DNA of 62,927 nucleotides, counting the filler, from Octopus bimaculoides (lineage: Eukaryota): the NCBI RefSeq assembly GCF_001194135.2. It is 8 parts of 6 records of this genome, joined end to end, with 100 filler letters (N's around TTAATTAATTAA, not from the genome) between each part and the next. Parts side by side here need not be neighbours in the genome. Positions count along the whole stretch, not along the records: positions 38,792 to 42,085 come from NC_069009.1; positions 42,186 to 52,992 come from NC_068986.1; 6 more parts are not named here. The stretch is one strand, 5' to 3'. The notes below the pieces were generated by a model. The model ran no database searches and was not told the DNA's origin. It saw only the letters and a program-made list of their open reading frames with translations. Each line of letters begins with the position of its first letter. The stretch's first letter is position 1. The position numbers were made by a program, and so were the translations under genes. Below, one piece after another: positions 39,791-50,483 of this stretch.

Positions 39791-40548
39791 GATGGTCATT
39801 TTTCTTTTAGAGCTGACTTTAGCCGCTCAAGCAAATGCAAAAGAAATCGAGTAGAAGTACAAGAATTATTAAAGCGAATGAAGAAAAAGAAGTAGAAGCT
39901 GAAGGTGGAGGAGGAAGAGAAAAGGGGCGAAGAGAAGGAGGAGGAAGACGGCGAAAAGGATGAGAAAAGGAGGCGAAGGAAAGAAGAAAATTACAAGCGG
40001 CAGAAGTCGCAAAAGAATAAAACAGGAAGCGAAAATTGATGATGAGGCGAAGGATGTGAAAAGAAGGAGAAAAAGAATCGATGGTGATGGAATTGATTAT
40101 AATAATGATGGTCATCACCATGATAGACATGACGAACGAGAATAAAATAAGTAGGAACAGATGAGAGAGACAATAGGGAAAAGTGGAGGGGAAAATGGAG
40201 AAAGTTTAGGAGGACGGGCGAACGGGCGTACGGACCGCAATCTTCAAAACCGTCATCTTCATCATCAACAGAGTGCATCACCATCAGCATCAACAGAAAT
40301 ATAATTTTCATCATCCCAACAAAATTCTAATCACCATCATTATCAGAATAATCAACATTAACAACATCACTGTCATCATCAGCATCATAACACCTTCGCC
40401 ATCAACACTCCCACAATAAATTCTGCCTCACCATCATATTCATCACTGCCCACACACCAACCCAACATTATCAACAATATCGTCATCTACTTATCATCTC
40501 TTCCATCATCCAATTCTATGGCCAAAATATTTAATATTCCCTCACGAA

Positions 40549-40583
<35 letters not shown>

Positions 40584-40929
40584 TTATCAGTTCTGTTTGT
40601 CTTACGTTTTTAAACCTTTCCTGTTCCTCCCACCTAAACTCAACCGGCTATATTTGTTTCTTTTACTCCTTCTTCTTCTTTATTCTCTTCTTTTACTTCT
40701 TTTCCTTTTCTTCATATTTATCTGCCTCTACTTCGTTATTTCCTTCTTCTTCTTCTTCTTCTTCTTCTTCTTCTTCTTCTTCTTCTTCTTCTTCTTCTTC
40801 TTCTTCTTCTTCTTCTTCTTCTTCCTTTTCTCCTCTTTTCTTCACCTTTTTCTCCTTCTGCACTAACTTTTTCCTCACGTTATTCGCCCTCTTCATTTTG
40901 CCCTACTATTTTTTGTTTTACGGAAGTGC

Positions 40930-41460
40930 TCTAACACGAATCAGCCCTAGTTTCACGCAAACCGACAAAGCCGTTCTGTACGCACTTGGTCAATGTCATG
41001 CATTACTGACTTCTGGAGTTATAGCGAACAGTTTTTGTAGCGTCTAGGATGGATCCGGCTATCGACCGAGTACATAGAGAAGATCGACCCGCCGCCTACC
41101 TTGGCCAGGAAGGGCAGGGAATTTTCCTCCGACTGGTAGCACTAGAGAAAGATGGGTGTTGGACCATGCTGCAAGGAGTGAACACCGACTTTCTCTTCGG
41201 CCAATCACTCATCAACTGTTTCAGATTTCACTTGGAAAGGAAGAATAGGCTGGAGAAAGAATTGATACTACGCCGTGCATTTGCTGAAATGTGTGTGAAT
41301 GTCGCGAAAATGGCCCGTGTAAGTGGACCTGCTATGATAATGCGTCTGTAGGCTGATGAAGTTGAGGAGGAGAGATGTACCCTTCCTGAGTACCATCGAA
41401 GAATCGGGTGGTTCGGGATTAAGGGCTACTTGAGCCAACCCTGGGTCGTAATCACCCCCA
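40930..41460 (+). mobile_element. Tx1/L1-like LINE 3' end
   Basis: DKAVLYALGQC...GIFLRLVAL...FLFGQSLINCFRFHL...CVNVAKMARVSGPAMIMRL*. Confidence 0.75.
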
Positions 41461-42357
41461 TTGGGAAATCTCATTGCAATATTTTTCTTGTCTCATGATT
41501 TACGTTATCGTTTTCGTAACTGTTCACTCGTTGTTTTGTGTAAAATCCCCACGGTCCCCGTCTAATGTATTGTCCCCTATACGCCGGCACTAGCGGCCAA
41601 TATATTAAATTATTATTATTAGTAGTAGTAGTAGTAGTAGCAGCAGCAGTTTTTCTTGCTGCGGTTGCCTTTGCCGCAGTCATTGTTTTTTTTGTGGTTT
41701 GAGAAAAAGAAAGAGGAGAATGTAGTGTTGAAGAGGAGGGGAGAAAGAGAAGGACAGAAAATAATGAAGAGAAAGGAAGAAATTTATGCAGACGCATCTC
41801 TCGTGTGGTAGGAGTAAATGATAGAAAAATAGAAGAGTGTAAAACAAGTTACTCTGAGTTGAAAAGTGTAGCAAAATCTAAACAAAAATAATGTCATTCA
41901 CAATTTATAATTAGAACGGAGAGCCATGAATGGTAATCAGCGTTGCTCGAGGAGTAAATATAATAAATAATATACAAAAGGAGGTACAAATCAAGTCGAT
42001 ACACTCATGTACGTTCACTCATCCTGCATGACACAGACTGACATATGCATAATCATGCACAAAATCATATGCAGTAATTATCAGANNNNNNNNNNNNNNN
42101 NNNNNNNNNNNNNNNNNNNNNNNNNNNNNTTAATTAATTAANNNNNNNNNNNNNNNNNNNNNNNNNNNNNNNNNNNNNNNNNNNNCTCTTTATATATATA
42201 TATATATATATATATAACTTGGACAGGTATTTTTTTTACCATAGACCATAATCGACCAAGCCAGGTGAGTGATATTAAATAGACAGAAACTGTAAAGAAC
42301 TACCTTTTTGTATCTGGTATGCAATATACTTTATGTGAATTCGTGTGTTGAAATAAA

Positions 42358-43335
42358 TTTTGTTGTGTCTAGGGAGATACAATATTATTAACATACGCAC
42401 TGGTTCAATTCCACTCCTTTATTATTAGTCAATTGGTTAAATATCCAGCTAACTAATCGATTGCTTGTTTAATTTGGTTAATCAGAAATCATTTGCTTTG
42501 TTTTTATTTGTCAAAAATCTTTCGTTATTACTTGCAACTTTTCAATGACTTTCACCTTAGTCCATTACGGAGGCTGCGTTTGTCTGCTTAAGACCTTGAT
42601 TCGAGCGTGCATGTATGTGCGCACCAGTGTGCACGTGTGCTTGCGTATGTATATATGTATGTGTTCTACGTATTCATGTGTCGGTGTGTACGTACTTGTG
42701 TGTTTGTATGTATGTGTGAGTGTGTCTGTGCGTGTACTTCTGCTTCCTTGTGCATGGGTGCTTGAGTGTGCCTAGGCGTATGAGTGTGTGCGTATGCACG
42801 TCCACCTGTTTTGTGTGCATATGTGCCTATACATGTGTGTGTATGCGTGTGTGTGTAGAGTGTGTGTGCATAGTCATGTGTTTCAGGCACACGTGTACAC
42901 ACAGACTTATACGCATAGGCACACTCAAGCATGCATGCACAAGGAAGCAGAAGTACACTTACAAATACACATACATACATACATACATACATACATACAT
43001 ACATAAGCACAAGCACGCGCACACTCTGACGAATGAATACGTAGAATACATACATACATACATACACAAGCACACGCGCACACTGGCACGTACACACACG
43101 CTCAAAACAAGGTCTCAAGCAGACAAACGCAACCTCCGTAACGGACTAGGACGAAAGTCATTGAAAAGTTTGCAAGTAGCAACAAGAGAGCTTTGACAAA
43201 TAAAAACAAAACAAATATTTAAACAAATTAAACAAGCAATCGATTAGTTAGTTGGATATCCAAGTGACTAATAATATAGGAGTGGAATTGAACCTGTGCG
43301 TGTGTTAATAATATTGGCATAATGACACAACAAAA
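42358..43335. repeat. Long foldback palindrome (arms about 450 bp, spacer about 70 bp)
   Basis: 42358-42815 matches the reverse complement of 42883-43335. Examples: GGTTCAATTCCACTCC/GGAGTGGAATTGAACC, TAACTAATCGATTGCTTGTTTAATTTG, GTGTACTTCTGCTTCCTTGTGCATG. Confidence 0.9.
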
Positions 43336-43459
43336 CTATGTAGAAGCCAATCAGATAGATCTTACTTGTCATATGTTGTGCTATACCGATTGTTTGAGAA
43401 TTAAATAAATGGGTACATACGTCTGTCGGATACTCAACCACTCGTTAATTTGATGAGAC

Positions 43460-43745
43460 AGCTCAGCTTATTGAACAACTGAATACATATTGCTGAAACG
43501 ACAGTGGAATTTGAACTCCGGACCCAAAGAGCCGAAACAAATACCGCACAGCACCCAGACTGACGTTCCTACAGTTCCGCCATGTTCCGTCCTGGATTGT
43601 TACTATTTTTTTAAAGATCCCCGAAAGCATGAAAGACAAAGTTGACCTCACCGGTATTTGAACTTAGAGTGCAGAGAATCAGAACAAATACACCGAGACA
43701 TTATATCCGATGCTCTAACATCTCTGCCAATTCACTGCCTAATAC
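43460..43745 (-). mobile_element. Two adjacent tRNA-type SINE fragments (family B at about 43600-43745)
   Basis: GGAATTTGAACTC box-B complements at about 43506 and about 43655. GAAAGCATGAAAGACAAAGTTGACCTC is a family B motif. Confidence 0.65.
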
Positions 43746-45128
43746 GATCGACTGCTTCCTCTCTTAAAATTTTTAATCGTGTGTTTAAATTAGGAATCAT
43801 TATTAACAAGGCCAGTGTACTGGGGGAATCAGTAGAGTGTCTGACTTACGATATTTAATTACAGTTATGAGGTCATATCCTACATTGGGTTAGCTATCTT
43901 TAGTCCTCTGGGGATCGATACCAGTCAGATACTAGGGATTGGTTTAACCGATTATAATCTCTCCTAATCAGCTTTCGATTGTTTTTTTATTTGCCGATTG
44001 TCTATGAAAAGTCATTAATTAGTATTATAATTATTATTATTAGTAGTATTAGTATTTTAATGTCCGTGGAACGTTAAATAAGAAATTAGTCGAGTCAAAT
44101 AATGAGTTTTTAATAATGTGGGCGGAACGTTTTCGGTTGTTGTTCTTATTCTTAGTTTAATAACATTTATTTTTAGTTATATTTATTGTTGACTTATTTA
44201 CAGTTAGTGTTCAGGGGAGATAAAGAGACCAAATAAATAAATAAATGAATAAATAAATAAATAAAAGTGGGAAGGAAAGACTGCATGAGGCACCCCGTTT
44301 GAGTTATGTAGGCGGGGTTAGCGAATTCTCTCGTTCACTGACCCCAGTAACCTGTTTAGTTTTGTTTCCATGCACACTTAACCCAATCAAACGACCTCCA
44401 TTTCTGTAGATGCACAGTAACATTGACTGTTGTTACAAGTCCTTCTCTCTTTCCGTGAGTTAATCACTAATTGCCTTGCAGATTGTAATTAAATGTCTAT
44501 GATCACTCATAGATGTTATTGCATTAATATTTCATAATACGTCTACTTCCCTCCAATTGAACGCTTCCCTGCTCTTTATTTAGCTTAAAAGCTAAAACTA
44601 GAACCAAAACCATCTCGACTCTTCCCCCCTCTCTCTTTCTTTCTCTTTCTCTTTCTCTCTGTCTTATGTTAATGGTAAGAACAGCAGTGGCGATGTAACG
44701 GCAATGTGACGATGTGGCACAGACTCTTCTAGTACAAGCAGAACTGTGGAAGGTAGAGGTGGTGATGGTGGTGTCGGTGTTGTTGTGACGATAGTATGGT
44801 GGTGGTGGTGGTGGTGGTGGTGGTGAAGGTAGTTGTGATGGTGAAGAGAGTAGTGAATGACTGTGGTGGTGGTAGTGGCGATAGTGTTGATAGGTTGTAA
44901 TGGTGATTAAGGTAATGGTATTCATAGTGTGGACGACAGTTGTGGTGATGGCAGCCGTGTTGCTGCTGCTGTTGTTGTTGTGGTAGGCAATATATAGGTG
45001 ATGGTGCTCCTGGTGGTGATAGTCGTTGCGATGGTGGTGACGGCGGCGGGCTGGTTTGCAGTGGTGGTAGTTGCATTGAAAAAGCGAAGATAGCATTGGT
45101 TGGCAGCGATGTAGATAGATAGATATAT

Positions 45129-45209
<81 letters not shown>

Positions 45210-48079
45210 TGGGGTAGGTAAGGTAAATGGGTGAGAAGTAACAGACATGATGCTCGGGAGGGCGGAGGCGGGGGCATTGACAATCTTCAATTGACTGGAC
45301 GTAGTCAGCACGCGAACTCTTTATGTCAAGTTCTGGAGATCGGAGTTCTGGCGGGGGGCGTGTTTCTTCAAACGGCTTTTTCTGTGGTTTGTTGCTTTAG
45401 TTATAGTCGTTTTTGTTGTCGTTGCCGTTGTTGTTGTTGTTGTTGTTGTCTGGGCGTTCTTGGCCAGCCCGTGTTAAACACTGTTCACGTTATTGCGATG
45501 ATGACGATAACGAAGATGACTATGATGATGATGATGGCATTCAAAGAAGGTATGTTGGTGGTGGTGTTGGTGTTGGTGGTGGTGTGCCAGTTTACTGCTG
45601 ATTAAAGGATATTTCATTGTCAAACATCACGAATCGAAGATCTATCGTGCCAAATGACCCTAACATGTGTCCACTGAAGCCCGTACAAGCGTTGAAGAAC
45701 AACAGATGATTAAGTTGGCTTCTTGATAGTGGAAAGAGAGTTTGATCGAAATAGAGAGTGAGGAAGTGGGGCAGGAAGAATAGGTTTAGGTAGGCGCATG
45801 GTGTGGTTGAGAGAATAAACGAAAAGCATGTAGAAACAGCAACAATATAAATGAAATATCAATTGTTTAAATTATTTGTTTGCTATTTTCAGCTTTTATT
45901 TGTGAAACAAAGAAAAATTATTCAATATTTTTATATTTTTAAAGACATTTTTTATTTGTTTGTTTTCTTTTACTCCCTTCCTTCACTCTTCTTCTTCTTC
46001 TCTCCCACCTCTTCGCAATTCTTGTCAAATTTTCTGATTAGAATCTAAATTGTTAACTTACATCTCCAATTTCGATTGATGCTAGCGAATCGATGCGTGC
46101 CCCGATGTCATAAGTATCACCCTCCGCCTTTCTCTTATACAATGAATAGCTTTCCGCATGCACGATTCGAAAATGTGGTAGAGCAGTCATATATTTATCT
46201 GGCGATGCACCAGCATATTTGGTCTTTCTTCGAATGAAACAGCATAGATGGGGTAGTGGTCTTATTGTTATTATTATTAATTACATTTTGTTCTTTAAAG
46301 CTACGGGTCATCACGAGCTGCCATATATCTCTATAGAATTGTAAAATAATTGACTAAGGTATAGAAAAATGAAATTAAACGAAATTTTATTGATAAAACT
46401 CGAGAGAAACGACCCCGTTTCGCTATGAGCCCCTCTAATCCTGAAGATAAAAATCGGATGATCAGCAGCAATTGTATTCCCTTAGTTCCAAATGGTTGGC
46501 CACCAAACTGGAATCCCTTGCTTATCAATATTAACCATTTATCTACAATACTAATAGAAACGATTAGAATTCCCTGTGATAAATGACATGTTATGTAAAA
46601 TAACAACAACACATGTTAAATATGCCGAATCATGTTTCGTATGTTCATTGATTTCATGCATTCAAAAATAGCGAATTATAAATATTTAGTCACATATGAC
46701 TACATCAGACGACACAGAGTCCAGTGCTATTTGTTTCAATAATTCACCCGCTATAATTTTTATCGTCTTTCTTTAAAAGTAAAATACATATTTAGTCATA
46801 TAGATTAATTTGATATGTAAAGTTTGGACGCTCGAGTTAGTTGGTACATACAATGATAGAAAAAGCGATTAGATTATTTCATGATAGGATAGATAACACA
46901 TTTGGTGCTTAACGGTTGTGATTTCAGATCTCACCGAGATCGGCTATGAATTTCGTCCCCCTTTCCCTGATAGCTTAAAAAAAAAAGAACAGTTTATATG
47001 AGAGTTCTAGAATGTTTTTCTTTCCAAATAGAGGCCTTTTGGTTTTTTTTTTTGCAACAACACCAACAGCACTTCAAGCATGGTAAGCTGCTTAAAATAA
47101 AATGCAGCTTATATCAAGCATTGACTGATATACCGTTTAATATCCATTTTAATTCACTTGGAAAAGAGTATAAATGGTGTAAGTGAAGTTAACAACTTAC
47201 TTTTTTCTACTAAAGGGGGAAAAAAGATAGAAAACAAGGGATAGAATCATTTCACTTATAATGAATTGTCAAAATACCCGATAACTAATTTAAATCAAAT
47301 CAACAGATTTGATTTAAATTAATTACAAATTACTCAAAACTTTAAATGAGGTTTTCTTCCTTAGTATTGCTGAAGTTTAAAAAGGAACCTTATCTTTACC
47401 AACATAATAAACTATTTAAATTAGCAAGGAAGTTTAAAGCAAACAAACAGGAAGAGAACTAGAAAATTAAGGAGCTAACTACTTAAATTAAGTGGATCTG
47501 CAATCAGAAATCGAAAGCAGGCGCGAACTGTTTTGTCAAAATCTTATTGCTCTGTCACGGTCGTCACCATTCACGGAAAAATAACAACTTTACATAGATG
47601 TATAAAATGTTTAGGAGAGAGAAGAAAACAATAAGTGAGGTTTCTGTGATGTTCACACATTTAAGAATGGTTTTAGTAACTGGGAATCAAACCCCAGGAG
47701 CGAAAACAAAAGATAGAATTAATTATAAAATAAAATGAAATTATACTGTTGTTTAATTGACTTTTCCCGCAAAAGTTTACTATAAAGAGAAGTAAACTAT
47801 TTGTTCCAATACAAACCTCAATGTTTGGCTTATTCCTGATTACAATAACGAAAATACTTCGAGCTGTATAGTTTACCTACCATTGTCATTGGCAAGCAGC
47901 ATTTATTAATACTGACACTATTTCACCTAAAGCAAGAATGGAGGATCGAGGGTAGATGTTCATGTTTTTTTTTTCTAAATATCATTACTGAACTTTTTCT
48001 TATTTCATAGTCACGTTTACTCTGTTATTGATACTGTTTTTTTTTTATTTCGACTATCTTTTGTGATATGAATTTTGTT

Positions 48080-48664
48080 TTAGAGCAAATTTCTGAGATC
48101 AGCTGGTAAAGGAAGATCAATGAATGGCTGCACTCCTGAAGCTATAGCAAATTTGTCGGCTCTAGTCTTTATGAATATAAGGAGTCGATTGCTTCTAAAT
48201 CGATTAACAGTGGATCGGTCAGAGTCTTTTTCCGCTAATAGGGTATCGTAGCGTAGCCACGAATAATTATTTGGATAGGTATTCGTATACAAATAGATCC
48301 GGCAATTCAGCAACGTAGCGAGAGCTTGTAAGATAACATCTAAATCGATTGTTTTCCCAGAGCTAAGATTTTTCAATACAGTGTTAGGATTCATGCGATG
48401 CCAGTTGAAATTGAGGTTTCGAAAGATGTCCACAAATGTTGTTAGCAATAGACGGAATTTGAGGAAATGATCTTCGTTTCCCGTCAAAATTTTGCTCACA
48501 ACGCGAAATAGTGAATTCACGCCGGTGACCTCGGCATACGTAACCGTTCTGTCCGATAAATCTATACGAGTGCGTCCAATTGTAGGGCATATAATGAAGT
48601 CAGTGAATTGTTTTCTTTTTCCTCTCCGATTTCTCGCTGTTTGATAAGGTGTAGTAGTATCCAT
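48080..48664 (-). CDS. 194-aa OTU-fold protein lacking catalytic Cys/His (candidate pseudo-deubiquitinase)
   Basis: Uninterrupted high-complexity ORF. EVTGVNSLFRVVSKILTGNEDHFLKFR aligns to the OTU Cys-loop xGDGNCLFRAxSxxLxGxExxHxxxR. ILQALATLLNCRIYLY aligns to the helix/strand EIxALAxLLxxxIxxY. IFIKTRADKFAIA aligns to the His-loop IxxxxxxxHF/Yxxx. Confidence 0.75.
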   Translation of the reverse strand: MDTTTPYQTARNRRGKRKQFTDFIICPTIGRTRIDLSDRTVTYAEVTGVNSLFRVVSKILTGNEDHFLKFRLLLTTFVDIFRNLNFNWHRMNPNTVLKNLSSGKTIDLDVILQALATLLNCRIYLYTNTYPNNYSWLRYDTLLAEKDSDRSTVNRFRSNRLLIFIKTRADKFAIASGVQPFIDLPLPADLRNLL

Positions 48665-48682
48665 CGATTTAAAGAATGAAAT

Positions 48683-48851
48683 CTGTAGTTTCTCGCAATT
48701 ATTTAAAATAATAATAATAATAGATTACGAAGCTTTGTTTAAAAAAAAAATTAACCTTTGAAAACTACTGATCTTGATGCAAACAGCATCAACAACCTTC
48801 AAGAATTATTACTTTAAACAAAACTGTTGCTGTGGTCGAAATTTCGCTTAC
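48683..48851 (-). other. Putative 169-nt intron upstream of the OTU-like ORF
   Basis: Consensus donor CCGAG|GTAAGC at 48852/48851 and acceptor CTACAG| at 48683, 18 nt before the ATG. The interior is AT-rich. Confidence 0.45.
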
Positions 48852-48883
48852 CTCGGCAAAGATTCAAAAAGCAGGTTTGTCTT

Positions 48884-48950
48884 TATGACGTCATAGTGAT
48901 CAGTTTCTCCTTGTAACATTTTAATTAATAAAGGAAGCTGATAGATTGGC
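48884..48950 (-). promoter_or_regulatory. Candidate promoter: CRE palindrome plus CCAAT box
   Basis: TATGACGTCATA at 48884-48895 (core TGACGTCA 48886-48893) and GCCAATC on the minus strand at 48950-48944, just upstream of the putative first exon. Confidence 0.45.
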
Positions 48951-49056
48951 TTGAAATTTAAACCTAAGCTTTATAAATAATGATTTCTTATATTGGTACA
49001 CGGAGTATCGTTGATTTACTCGATTTCCTCCTTACTCTAGTGGAATATGTAAGATT

Positions 49057-49272
49057 GGTTTCAAATTTTGTCGCAAGATTTGCAATTTGGTGGTGGTGGT
49101 GGTGGTAAGTTGATCACATCGACACCAGTGTTCAACTGGTACTTATTTTATCGACTCCGAAAGAATGAAAGACAAAGTTGACTCCGGCAGAACTTGAATT
49201 CAGAACTTAAAGCCGGACGAAATACCGTTAAGAATTTTGTCCGGTGTGCTAATGATTCTGCCAGTTTGTTGC
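49057..49272 (-). mobile_element. SINE family B
   Basis: GGTTTCAAATTTTG...ACTGGTACTTATTTTATCGACTCCGAAAG...GAATTCAGAAC...GATTCTGCCAG. Confidence 0.85.
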
Positions 49273-49952
49273 TTTAGTAGAGTGTAAGATATTAAGTGAA
49301 GTCGATCCTGGTGGTTTTGTAACTTGAGAATATAGAAATACGAAAGAAATTCACCTTGCGCTTTTCTATTTCTAGTAAGTCACCACTTACCAAACTATTA
49401 TAAGTGATTTCGATTTGTATTTTTTTTATCGTGGTGTAGTCCCGGGTCACGTCTGATTAAGCAGATCTATGATAAAAAGATATTGCAACATCGACTATTT
49501 CGTCCTATTTCTTTTCGATATACAATATATTTAAGATCATATTCATGTTTTTAAGGTGGTAGGGTGTAATTTAAGATATATTGAACTGCTATTTCGAGCA
49601 ACAACGTAGAATTGTGATGACGAACCTGTACTCCGCATGTTGGCTGTCACATGCCATAAATTTTTAGGTAATACGTAATGGACTTTGAAAAAGAATTTCT
49701 TGCAATGTAGAAAGTTTACTTAAAACCAAAATACATGCCTACACGCAAGTGACACTGTAATATCAGGATTATTAAAGAAACTAAAATTTCAGCATGTTGG
49801 GCTAAAAGGTTTTGCCATCGTCGGCGTAAAGTCTCCTCCATTCTGTATTTATAATTGCTTGCATTCAACGTTATGTTGTATCTTCATGCAAAGAAATTTA
49901 GAATTACCTCACAAATTGCGCAAGATCTCTGTTGCTATGGGCAACTCTGACT

Positions 49953-50160
49953 CTTTCTTTTGGCTTCAGTCAGCCGACGGCAGCTATGCTGGGAAACCGT
50001 CTTAAAGGGATTTTAGTAAGTAAAATCGACTCCTGTATCTATTAAAAAAAATTCTGGTGCATATTTCATCGGCCACTATTTCGCTGAACCACTAAATTAC
50101 AGCGCGTAAACAAGCAAACATGGCGCCAAGCGGTGATACGCAAAGACTACACACACACAT
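49953..50160 (-). mobile_element. SINE family A, 3' part, diverged
   Basis: CAGTCAGCCGACGGCAGCTATGCTGG...GCTGAACCACTAAATTAC...CGTAAAC. Confidence 0.6.
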
Positions 50161-50483
50161 GTATGTGTGTGTGCGTGTGTGTGTGTGTGTATAAATATAT
50201 ATATATATATATATATTGTTGTACTTGGGGATGGTCATGTTGCCAGTTTAGCCAATAAAAACACACGCACTGTATATTTGGTGTTANNNNNNNNNNNNNN
50301 NNNNNNNNNNNNNNNNNNNNNNNNNNNNNNNNNNNNNNNNNNNNNNNNNNNNNNNNNNNNNNNNNNNNNNNNNNNNNNNNNNNNNNNNNNNNNNNNNNNN
50401 NNNNNNNNNNNNNNNNNNNNNNNNNNNNNNNNNNNNNNNNAGAATGCAACAGAAATATAGTTTTAATATAAAAATTACTTCAA

